Positions 1 through 6,554 of a stretch of DNA of 8,488 nucleotides are shown piece after piece. Under the pieces are notes generated by a model. That model did not search any database. It was not told the origin of the DNA and saw nothing but the letters and a program-made list of their open reading frames with translations. Every line of letters begins with the position of its first letter. The first letter of the stretch is position 1. A program made the translations under genes and the position numbers. Source of the stretch: a virus (taxonomy: Duplodnaviria > Heunggongvirae > Uroviricota > Caudoviricetes); IMG/VR virus record IMGVR_UViG_2531839449_000010, positions 1 to 8,488 of that record. One strand, written 5' to 3'.

Positions 1-395
1 AGCTGGTCAGGTCGTTCTGCCACGAACTGACGGTTTACGCGGTCGCCTGCGGCAACGGCTTTCCGGCTGATGGTCGTACGGACCTTTTTACCCCGGAGAA
101 CACCGGCAAGTCCCATAACCGCCATGAGACGTGCCACTGTACATCTGGCCACCCTGATTCCTTCCCGTAACAACTGACGCCAGACTTTACGCACACCGTA
201 CACCTGATGATTTTCATCGTATACGCGCTGTATCTCTCTCTTCAGCCAGTCGTCGTGCTGCGCACGGGCACTGCGTTTATCCGGATGATGTCGCTGTTGC
301 TGACAATGGTAATACGTTGACGGGGCAATATGCAGTTCGCTGCATACCGGTCCGACCCCGTACTGCTCACGCAGCTTATCCAGCAGTGGCATCAT
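1..395 (-). CDS. IS3-family transposase OrfB (DDE integrase-type), N-terminal part only; normally expressed as an OrfAB fusion by -1 frameshift
   Basis: Hand translation of the rc from 395 gives [132 protein letters not shown], open to the window edge. It is in the -1 frame relative to orfA and is absent from the ORF track because no stop lies in the window. Confidence 0.8.
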   Translation of the reverse strand, partial: MMPLLDKLREQYGVGPVCSELHIAPSTYYHCQQQRHHPDKRSARAQHDDWLKREIQRVYDENHQVYGVRKVWRQLLREGIRVARCTVARLMAVMGLAGVLRGKKVRTTISRKAVAAGDRVNRQFVAERPDQ

Positions 396-718
396 TTTTT
401 CCAGAGGCGGTCGAACTCCGCCTTCGCAAAATAAGCGGAAGCCTGGCGAAGGATATCGTTACTGCGGCGCAGTTCACGATTTTCACGTTCCAGCTCTTTC
501 AGACGCTGACGTTCAGCGCTGGTGAGCCCACCATCACCGCCCCCGGTATCCCGCTCATGCTGGCGAACCCAGACACGCAGAGTCTCCGGCGTACAGCCAA
601 TCTTTGGGGCAATGGAGCAAATTGCCGCCCACTGTGAGTCATATTCATCCTGACTTTCCAGAACCATACGAATCGCCCGCTGACGGACTTCGGGGGAAAA
701 ACGAGTATTTTTAGTCAT
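392..718 (-). CDS. IS3-family transposase OrfA (helix-turn-helix DNA-binding subunit)
   Basis: 108-aa [33 protein letters not shown]..., identical to the right-hand copy at 7942..8268. C-terminal leucine-rich heptad region ([20 protein letters not shown]) is typical of IS3 OrfA. AGG at 731..733, 9 nt upstream of the ATG, is a possible Shine-Dalgarno. Confidence 0.9.
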   Translation of the reverse strand: MTKNTRFSPEVRQRAIRMVLESQDEYDSQWAAICSIAPKIGCTPETLRVWVRQHERDTGGGDGGLTSAERQRLKELERENRELRRSNDILRQASAYFAKAEFDRLWKK

Positions 719-723
719 CCTGT

Positions 724-1326
724 TTACCTCTTTCTCAGGGAGTTTAGTCTCCAGGATTTCCGGGGCGGTTCAACCATCTCAATGGATGGTGTTCCGCATT
801 GGTTACCCCAGACATCAAATCCATGCGAGGTGTGACGGGCGAACAGTTCTATCCGGGGAACATCGCCAAGAAGTTGCACAAGTTTTTCTCGCGCCATATC
901 CGGCTTGCGGGAGTGATCAAGGCGCGGTGCAGTGAATGACTGGATTATTCCGGCGTTAATGCGTTCAGGCAGATTTCCTTTCACTGCAAAAAGGCAGTCT
1001 TCGCTGTTAGCGCGAGTGGTGCTACCCATACCCATGACCAGCTTGTCGGTCTGTCTTTTCCCGCATTTGTTCCAGGTTAATCCTTTCATCGTCACCAGAC
1101 GAAAGCCCCACGCTTCTACAACCTTCAATGCTTCAAGTGGTTGTGTAGGCACCCACCACATAGCCAACAGGCAATTATCGGCTGCCAGTTCCCATACCGG
1201 GAGGCGGCAGATATCCAGAAGACTCATGACCGGATATTTAAAACTTGCACCGCGTTGACCATCGGTTGCTTTGTCTCGGAATGTCCAGGGGGGATCTGCG
1301 TAAATGAGAGTGTATTTTTTCGTCAT
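724..1326 (-). CDS. MT-A70-family DNA N6-adenine methyltransferase (phage orphan methylase); 3' end interrupted by the IS, so residues 186-200 are IS-encoded
   Basis: N-terminal motif LIYADPPW (catalytic DPPW). The ATG at 1324..1326 overlaps the stop of the upstream gene (ATGA). The reading frame crosses the IS boundary at 772/773; the tail [15 protein letters not shown] is translated from IS terminal sequence. Confidence 0.8.
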   Translation of the reverse strand: MTKKYTLIYADPPWTFRDKATDGQRGASFKYPVMSLLDICRLPVWELAADNCLLAMWWVPTQPLEALKVVEAWGFRLVTMKGLTWNKCGKRQTDKLVMGMGSTTRANSEDCLFAVKGNLPERINAGIIQSFTAPRLDHSRKPDMAREKLVQLLGDVPRIELFARHTSHGFDVWGNQCGTPSIEMVEPPRKSWRLNSLRKR

Positions 1327-1526
1327 AGCGCGTTTTCAAACTCATCAATGTAAAGTGCAACAAGTGCAACGCATCGTCTGAAATCGGCTGCGTCATGTGG
1401 AGCACCGAAGCTATGACCATAGATATTCTTTTTCAGTCCACATGCGATTGAGGCAAGAGTTGCGCTACTGATGCCAACATCGCCAGTCGATTGCCATTTC
1501 AAAACCTTCATAGCCAAATCTGACAT
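1323..1526 (-). CDS. hypothetical small prophage protein (67 aa)
   Basis: ATG at 1524..1526 preceded by GGAGA at a 7-nt spacing. Stop overlaps the methyltransferase start (ATGA), suggesting translational coupling. Confidence 0.55.
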   Translation of the reverse strand: MSDLAMKVLKWQSTGDVGISSATLASIACGLKKNIYGHSFGAPHDAADFRRCVALVALYIDEFENAL

Positions 1527-1539
1527 TTCTTGTCTCCAT

Positions 1540-1563
1540 AAAACAAAACCCGCCGTAGCGAGT
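1540..1563 (-). terminator. candidate intrinsic terminator (distal of a tandem pair)
   Basis: Minus-strand RNA ACUCGC-UACG-GCGGGU forms a 6-bp stem (one G.U) with a tetraloop, followed by UUUGUUUU. Lies between the stop at 1645 and the next start at 1526. Confidence 0.4.
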
Positions 1564-1566
1564 TCA

Positions 1567-1594
1567 GATAAAAGAAATCCCCGCGAGTGCGAGG
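1567..1594 (-). terminator. candidate intrinsic terminator (proximal of a tandem pair)
   Basis: Minus-strand RNA CCUCGC-ACUC-GCGGGG forms a 6-bp stem (one G.U) with a tetraloop, followed by AUUUCUUUUAUC. Same stem design as the hairpin at 1540..1563. Confidence 0.4.
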
Positions 1595-1644
1595 ATTGTT
1601 ATTCATTGCCGATATTCACCTTTATCGCGAACACCTTTACCGGT

Positions 1645-1887
1645 TTATCTCCTTTGCATGGCGCGTAATTTTTTCAGATGGTTCTCCTGCTCTGTTTCAG
1701 CCAGAATTTGTCGGTATTCCTGGTGATCGATCCGTTCAAACAGTTCATTAAAATCGTTTATTTTTACCGACTGTGTTCGCCCATCCATTCTTCTGTACAA
1801 CACAGTGTTGTTTATGCAGCGAAGAATTTTTATCGGGTAGCCGGCGCTATCGGTGTATATCTGACCACGTTGAATCAGAGCGAACAT
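1645..1887 (-). CDS. hypothetical small prophage protein (80 aa from the ATG at 1887; the track ORF extends to a TTG at 1941)
   Basis: Open frame 1645..1941. The TTG at 1941 has AGGAG directly abutting it (spacing too short), so I prefer the internal ATG at 1885..1887 (MFALIQRGQIY...). The start is uncertain. Confidence 0.4.
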   Translation of the reverse strand: MFALIQRGQIYTDSAGYPIKILRCINNTVLYRRMDGRTQSVKINDFNELFERIDHQEYRQILAETEQENHLKKLRAMQRR

Positions 1888-1961
1888 TCCTTTATCCCCA
1901 GCGGAAAAGCGAATACAGAATAAATGCCACCGCGATTGCAACTCCTACAGCGGTGAATGCT

Positions 1962-2312
1962 TCAGGCCAATTCATCATTCACTCCCTGCGGCGGTTCTGG
2001 TAGCAGCATCCAGTACAAGGCGTTCCCTAACCACGATAAAGTGCCGTCGCTCAACTCCACGTATTCCTCTTGTACCTGTCCTGCCATATACTCACCGTGC
2101 TTTGAATAAATTAAAATCCAATCATCTTGAGCGGGCATTCGCTCACTACAGCTTATCCAACCACCCGGACTTACCGGAGAGTTGCCAGTCTTACGCATGG
2201 CAATCTCCACGATTTCAACCATATCTCCTGGCAGAATTTTACAAAGCTGGCCAAAGCGCCTCTGCTGCCTGGCATACTCGAGGATGTGCTCCAGTTTGGT
2301 TCGATTAATCAT
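1962..2312 (-). CDS. DUF551-like prophage protein (115 aa)
   Basis: C-terminal segment GWISCSERMPAQDDWILIY...GEYMAG...YWMLLPEPP resembles the DUF551 pattern (WIS..ERLP...W.PLPEPP) as I recall it. ATG at 2310..2312 overlaps the upstream stop (ATGA). Confidence 0.5.
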   Translation of the reverse strand: MINRTKLEHILEYARQQRRFGQLCKILPGDMVEIVEIAMRKTGNSPVSPGGWISCSERMPAQDDWILIYSKHGEYMAGQVQEEYVELSDGTLSWLGNALYWMLLPEPPQGVNDELA

Positions 2313-2764
2313 GATTTATCTCCCTTAAGCATGGCAGCGCGGCAGGCATCCTCTACGCCCTTAACTGCATCTGCGCAGTAGTTATAGCGATTGCATTCCA
2401 CTAACTTCTGCTTGAGGTTTTCAATTGCTTGCGCGACATCAGCCTGTATTACCGGAACTGGCGGAGTGGTATATAGTTTTCGGCATTTGTTTATCCAACC
2501 GGCATGGTCAGGCGTGTCTGTAAAGCGCAAATCGTTTTCGTAGCCCTCACGACTACGTTCTTTCCATTCCGTCCACGGAACACCGCTATTCCAAGTGGGG
2601 CGAGTGCAGGACTGATACAGAACAGGTTCAGCTTCCAGCGCTGCCAGAGCAATCCGTGCCAGTTCTTCCGCTTCTTCTGCTGGCAGTACAACGTTGCTAC
2701 CAGGTCCGTATGTTTCGCGCCACTGCTTGATTGTCAGCAGTCGCTCTTTGGTAATAGTGGTCAT
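2309..2764 (-). CDS. hypothetical prophage early-region protein (151 aa)
   Basis: ATG at 2762..2764 preceded by GAGGA at a 7-nt spacing and overlapping the upstream stop (ATGA). No family recognised. Confidence 0.55.
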   Translation of the reverse strand: MTTITKERLLTIKQWRETYGPGSNVVLPAEEAEELARIALAALEAEPVLYQSCTRPTWNSGVPWTEWKERSREGYENDLRFTDTPDHAGWINKCRKLYTTPPVPVIQADVAQAIENLKQKLVECNRYNYCADAVKGVEDACRAAMLKGDKS

Positions 2765-2970
2765 TTGTTAATCCTCAAAACTTTATGCCCGGGCGCAAAA
2801 GCACGCGTTTTGTCTTTGCTTATTCGCCAGCCATCCTTGCGCGCCTCTTTTGCACAGCCAGCCCATGACGTACCTATATACTCACCGAAGTCTGGCGACT
2901 TATATTTGCCATCTGTACACTGGAGGCAATCACAATAGAGATGCATGGTGTAACTTGCAGCAATAGCCAT
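2761..2970 (-). CDS. small cysteine-rich (putative zinc-binding) prophage protein, 69 aa from the internal ATG
   Basis: The track ORF 2761..3042 overlaps the upstream gene. The ATG at 2968..2970 (MAIAASYTMHLYCDCLQCTDGKYK...) has a strong AAGGAGAG Shine-Dalgarno 6 nt upstream and sits 1 nt after the upstream stop. Contains a C-x-C-x2-C ... C pattern. Confidence 0.55.
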   Translation of the reverse strand: MAIAASYTMHLYCDCLQCTDGKYKSPDFGEYIGTSWAGCAKEARKDGWRISKDKTRAFAPGHKVLRINK

Positions 2971-2971
2971 A

Positions 2972-3319
2972 TCACTCTCCTTTAGTGCGCAAGTGGTTTT
3001 TCCAGCGGTTTTGCTCCGCGCTGGGCTTTTTGCAAAAACCACAATCCATCATCCCGTAATATTTCATCAACCCCATCCGTCGGTTGCTGAGTCTCACCCA
3101 CTGCCAGACGCCAGGAGCGTTTCTACGAACTAACAGAATCTTTGCTTTACGGTTTTTCATCGTTTTGCTCTCCTGCATCTCTTTGCTGCTCGTCGTGCCG
3201 CTGCAATACCGGTATGGCGGCGCTTTGGTGTCGGGATGATGTTCTTTGCAATTAGCGCAGAAGCCCAAAAACGAGTCGGATACGGTAACAAACTGATACA
3301 TGCCACACGCATTACTCAC
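2972..3319 (-). CDS. cysteine-rich putative zinc-finger protein; start uncertain (GTG at 3319 gives 115 aa, ATG at 3161 gives 63 aa)
   Basis: Continuous open frame with Cys pairs (FCANCKEHH...YRYCSG and MMDCGFCKK). The GTG at 3317..3319 overlaps the upstream stop by 8 nt but has a poorly spaced AAAGGGGG. The internal ATG at 3159..3161 has a strong AGGAGAG at a 7-nt spacing. Confidence 0.45.
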   Translation of the reverse strand: MSNACGMYQFVTVSDSFLGFCANCKEHHPDTKAPPYRYCSGTTSSKEMQESKTMKNRKAKILLVRRNAPGVWQWVRLSNRRMGLMKYYGMMDCGFCKKPSAEQNRWKNHLRTKGE

Positions 3320-3860
3320 CCCCTTTGTTGCTAATGCTTACAGCCTGGCAAGCCTCTTTGAGTACCCAGTCAACAGCGTCTTTCCATGCTCCGGTTTCAA
3401 CAGATGGATTCTCACGCTTTACCTGTTCATAAAAGCGCACTGCTTTAATCAGTTCTTCCGGTACTACTGGCGATGCCTGTTTAGCTTCTAAATCAGCAAT
3501 TCTGTCAACCACGGCATCTACTGCATCTGAAAAACTGAAACAGTTACTCCATTCCGGCCTGTCCCCGGTTGCTGCAAAATACATATCAGCTAAAGCAGAC
3601 TCAGCATGGTCACGCTCATTAATGAGTTGCTCTTCGCTTTTCTCCTGTTCGGCTATGCGCTTACTTCCATCCGCGATTACTCCCTCGTAATACTCACGCT
3701 GCTCGTTGAGTTTTGATTTTGCTGCTTCCAACTCATCCAGTAGCGCCAGCACAACCTGAGGTGTGGCTTTCATACGAAATGCCAGCAATTTTTGAGGCGT
3801 TGCTACTGTTTCAATTGCTACTGCCGCCTCACGCAGTGCCTGGTAATTAATTTCGCTCAC
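3312..3860 (-). CDS. Ead/Ea22-like prophage protein (182 aa, GTG start)
   Basis: N-terminus (V/M)SEINYQALREAA... is the Ead/Ea22-like family signature as I recall it, followed by a coiled-coil-like charged heptad region. AAGGAGG lies 6 nt upstream of the GTG at 3858..3860, which overlaps the upstream stop (GTGA). Confidence 0.6.
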   Translation of the reverse strand: MSEINYQALREAAVAIETVATPQKLLAFRMKATPQVVLALLDELEAAKSKLNEQREYYEGVIADGSKRIAEQEKSEEQLINERDHAESALADMYFAATGDRPEWSNCFSFSDAVDAVVDRIADLEAKQASPVVPEELIKAVRFYEQVKRENPSVETGAWKDAVDWVLKEACQAVSISNKGGE

Positions 3861-4621
3861 TGGTTGCCTCCTTTGCGAAGCTCAGCGGCGAAAGATGTTG
3901 CTGCGGAAGCGATAATTGCATGCCGGTATTCACCATCAGAAAATAAAGAATCTCCCTTAAGTGCATTGACGATACTCTGATGATTTTTTGCCAGCATCTC
4001 CACGCCCTGCGCCCGTACTTCAGCCAGGCATTTGCGAAACTCGGAAACGTACTGTTCGACGCTCATTCCCCAGCTAAGTGGACATTCATTGAATGTTTCG
4101 CCTTCGTGCTCTTCATCAGGTAGCTCTTTGGTAAAGAACTCACGCTCAATGGCGTGGAGTGTGTCAGCAAAACGACGTAAGTTACTCAAACCTACCGTAA
4201 TGGAGAATTCAGGAGCATCACATCCGACGCCCATCTGCTGATAAACTGCTGTTTTGAAGGCCTTCAACTCCGCATTCTCCGCCGCCAGAGCCGAAAACTT
4301 CTCGTGTGCCAACTTAACAGCCGAATCAGCCTGCTTAATTGACTCAATCGCTTTCTGTTGGTCTTCGGCCAGCTTCGCTAAATTAGCCTCCAGTTCGGCC
4401 ATGCGTTCGTTTAATGCATCTCGTTCATCCAGTAGTGACAGCACGGTTTCTGGCCCGGCCATAATTTTAAAGGCGTGAATCGCATCAATATCAATACCAA
4501 GCTCCTTGAGCTTCTTTTCGCTTAATAAATCATCATCACCTGGTAATATTGACAGATGTGTCATCGCTGTAATTGCGCGTTCCGACACGTCACGCAATAC
4601 CTGATAGTCAATTTTGCTCAC
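3857..4621 (-). CDS. Ead/Ea22-like prophage protein, second tandem paralog (254 aa from the GTG at 4621)
   Basis: The track ORF 3857..4969 (370 aa) is over-extended. The in-frame GTG at 4619..4621 (VSKIDYQVLRDVSERA...) has the same AAGGAGGCAACCA-GTG initiation context as the paralog at 3860. The upstream stretch 4622..4969 is accounted for by two other coupled genes. Confidence 0.55.
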   Translation of the reverse strand: MSKIDYQVLRDVSERAITAMTHLSILPGDDDLLSEKKLKELGIDIDAIHAFKIMAGPETVLSLLDERDALNERMAELEANLAKLAEDQQKAIESIKQADSAVKLAHEKFSALAAENAELKAFKTAVYQQMGVGCDAPEFSITVGLSNLRRFADTLHAIEREFFTKELPDEEHEGETFNECPLSWGMSVEQYVSEFRKCLAEVRAQGVEMLAKNHQSIVNALKGDSLFSDGEYRHAIIASAATSFAAELRKGGNQ

Positions 4622-4856
4622 TGGTTGCCTCCTTTGTGGATCTGCGCTGCGATGCACGAAAAAAAGATTCCCGCGTATGACAGTTAAGAGCTGGTGCGAA
4701 AGCCGCGTTAAGAACGGCAGCATCACAGCCGTCATCGATATAGAGCGCAATTTTTTTCTCCAGGCGCGCTTTGGCTTCCTGCAACTGCATACCCCGGCAC
4801 GTACGCGGGATATACTCAGCAATTTGAGCGATAGATTTTTCGTTCTGTTTAAACAT
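4608..4856 (-). CDS. hypothetical small prophage protein (82 aa)
   Basis: ATG at 4854..4856 overlaps the upstream stop by 8 nt (ATGTTTAA). Its own stop lies 14 nt inside the next gene. No family recognised. Confidence 0.5.
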   Translation of the reverse strand: MFKQNEKSIAQIAEYIPRTCRGMQLQEAKARLEKKIALYIDDGCDAAVLNAAFAPALNCHTRESFFRASQRRSTKEATSEQN

Positions 4857-5052
4857 GCTTCACCTCGACAGGCTTGATTGTGTCGATCAGCAGTCTGCGG
4901 CGCGTATTTTCTGCAAAGTGGCGGCGTCCGGTTTCTTTGTGGTAAAACTCGTTTTTGCCGACGACCCACATCCGCTCTGTCTGGTGAAGTTTTTTTACCT
5001 GCGGGCCGCCTTTGGTGATCACAATGCCGGTATGGGTTTTTACGATTGTCAT
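4849..5052 (-). CDS. hypothetical small prophage protein (67 aa)
   Basis: ATG at 5050..5052 overlaps the PAPS-reductase-like stop (ATGA), with GAGG 9 nt upstream. No family recognised. Confidence 0.5.
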   Translation of the reverse strand: MTIVKTHTGIVITKGGPQVKKLHQTERMWVVGKNEFYHKETGRRHFAENTRRRLLIDTIKPVEVKHV

Positions 5053-5927
5053 GCCACTACCTCTTCGAATTTCAACTCCAATTGGTCACCCCAGATTTCA
5101 CATGATTCGGAACACGAACCAGTATCAAACCGCTTGGCCAGCACCATCGCTTGATACAAATTGCTGTAGTCGCTGTCGGCATACATCCTGGCAATCCCGT
5201 CAAGCGTCAGGTGACCACGGTACATAACGTCTTTACCTGTTCTGCGATGACCATCCCTGACGTGTTTGCCTGTAACCAGTTCATTAAAAACCCGCATCAG
5301 ACCAGGTTCGTCTTTACATGCAAGCCCCAGCTTTTGCGTTGACTTTTTGATGCAGAAAACACAGTTCCCGAGGTGCTCCGGGATTTGCAAATCAAAAGGT
5401 TGTTTTCGCCACCACCGGATAACATCCGACTTATCAAAATCTGACAGTTCGGCAAGATACCGGACGCCCGGTTTCGGTTTCAGCCTACGGGGTTCGTCTG
5501 CACGAATACCCAGCCACGTGATGTAGTTCCCTTGTCCGAAATGGTCATCGCAGTATTTTGTGAAGGGGGTGAGTTTTAATCTGTCAGTGCAGAACGCGCC
5601 GCCGATGTATGGCGTGCCATATTTTTTTACCATGTCCATAAACGGTTTAAGCACCGGCATTCGCGTCTGAATATCCTTTGGTTCCCATTCCGTATAACCA
5701 TTTGGCTGCCCAAGCTCTGGATTTATATCGACCTGCAACACGGTTAGCGGAATATCCCAGAACTTCACAACCTCCCGAATAAACCGGTACGTCAGCGGGT
5801 GTTCACATCCCGTATCCATGAGTATGTAATGAACGTTTTCACCAGCTTTTCTGCGTTGCTCCATAAGGTGGACGAGGTACGCCGATGTCCGACCGCCTGA
5901 AAAACTCACAACATGATGAGTGCTCAT
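5049..5927 (-). CDS. phosphoadenosine-phosphosulfate (PAPS) reductase-like PP-loop ATP-pyrophosphatase family protein (292 aa)
   Basis: N-terminal PP-loop motif VVSFSGGRTSAYL (SGGxxS). C-terminal cysteine pairs (CVFC, CSESC). Complete ORF starting at the ATG at 5925..5927. Confidence 0.8.
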   Translation of the reverse strand: MSTHHVVSFSGGRTSAYLVHLMEQRRKAGENVHYILMDTGCEHPLTYRFIREVVKFWDIPLTVLQVDINPELGQPNGYTEWEPKDIQTRMPVLKPFMDMVKKYGTPYIGGAFCTDRLKLTPFTKYCDDHFGQGNYITWLGIRADEPRRLKPKPGVRYLAELSDFDKSDVIRWWRKQPFDLQIPEHLGNCVFCIKKSTQKLGLACKDEPGLMRVFNELVTGKHVRDGHRRTGKDVMYRGHLTLDGIARMYADSDYSNLYQAMVLAKRFDTGSCSESCEIWGDQLELKFEEVVA

Positions 5928-6034
5928 TTCTTCGTCTCGTTACGGGGAGGGGGTTAAATAGGTGGTAAGCTGGAATTGCCGGATGTTTACCCGTGTCCGG
6001 GGTACGGCCTCACGTTGCAGCGTACGAGAATGGA

Positions 6035-6478
6035 CTATTGCTCAGTGTCGTTTGATGTCGGCTGAGGATATTCGCCTTGCTCTTGTAACAGAGTTAGAAG
6101 AATGGAAAACCCCTCACGATGTGATGATTGATGAGTGTCGATCCCGGAATGATTGATGTTGTTAAATTCCAACATCGTGCTCCTGGCGATAGCCTCAACG
6201 GTATTCCAGAATACTAATACATCTGTTTTCTGCTCTGTTTTATCAGCAACAGGAAGTTTGATATTTTGTTGAAATTTATTAATGCAACCATTTTGAATAT
6301 GTTCCTCGTGCTTTTCATTGTCATAAGCATACAGCCCGACAAAAACATCTCGCACGTTACGGGATATATTTTCCAGATTCGCCTTTGGTTCCTTTGTTAA
6401 ATCAAGCACCGATAAATGGGCTTTAAGCGTATCCGCAGCTATTTTCTGAATATCCTCTGGTAAATCTTTAAATTGCAT
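6035..6478 (-). CDS. hypothetical protein (147 aa), AT-rich moron-like gene
   Basis: ATG at 6476..6478 with GGAGGG at a 7-nt spacing. Hand count gives about 37% GC for 6181..6480, against about 45-50% in neighbouring genes. No family recognised. Confidence 0.55.
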   Translation of the reverse strand: MQFKDLPEDIQKIAADTLKAHLSVLDLTKEPKANLENISRNVRDVFVGLYAYDNEKHEEHIQNGCINKFQQNIKLPVADKTEQKTDVLVFWNTVEAIARSTMLEFNNINHSGIDTHQSSHREGFSILLTLLQEQGEYPQPTSNDTEQ

Positions 6479-6554
6479 AGTATACCCTCCAAGAACTGTG
6501 TATTTTCTCGTGAAATATGAGCGATATGTCGTGACGTCCCTGTCACAGATTTCA

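Larger units (their letters stand above)
1..772 (-). mobile_element. IS3-family insertion sequence, IS629/IS1203/IS3411-like, partial copy running off the left window edge; its orfA-proximal end (IRL) faces the interior
   Basis: Reverse complement of 1..772 is colinear with 7888..8488 (identical OrfA translation; rc of 175..243 matches 8420..8488). Terminal sequence TGAACCGCCCCGG is the rc of 760..772. Contains orfA, the 5' part of orfB and a T6/A6 run at 395..400. Family name is from recall of the OrfA sequence and the terminal sequence. Confidence 0.85.

Noticed and set aside
35-217. 60-aa ORF on the minus strand inside the left IS
   Set aside because: It is out of frame with the orfB reading frame that I traced by hand across 1..395, so it is an internal alternative-frame artefact.
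317-637. 106-aa ORF antisense to IS orfA, also present at 8023..8343
   Set aside because: It is a shadow ORF on the strand opposite orfA. It appears twice only because the IS is present twice, and the one amino-acid difference (A versus T) reflects the single base difference between copies.
1887-1941. TTG start at 1941 giving a 98-aa protein
   Set aside because: The AGGAG sits directly against the TTG with essentially no spacer. I prefer the internal ATG at 1887, but the start remains uncertain.
2504-2938. Plus-strand ORFs of 60-144 aa throughout the interior (for example 2504..2938, 6568..6936, 6940..7371, 1678..1923)
   Set aside because: All lie antisense to well-supported minus-strand genes, lack convincing ribosome-binding sites, and would break the coupled operon structure. 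The hydrophobic N-terminus of 1678..1923 is noted but it has no Shine-Dalgarno.
3857-4969. 370-aa ORF in the track, which would be the largest protein in the window
   Set aside because: Its N-terminal 116 codons overlap two well-supported coupled genes (4608..4856 and 4849..5052) in other frames. The in-frame GTG at 4621 has the same ribosome-binding context as the paralog at 3860. I treat it as an over-extension and call three genes instead.
5944-5953. G-rich tract GGGGAGGGGG upstream of the PAPS-reductase-like gene
   Set aside because: Only two G-runs, too short for a G-quadruplex call. More likely incidental or part of an untranslated leader.
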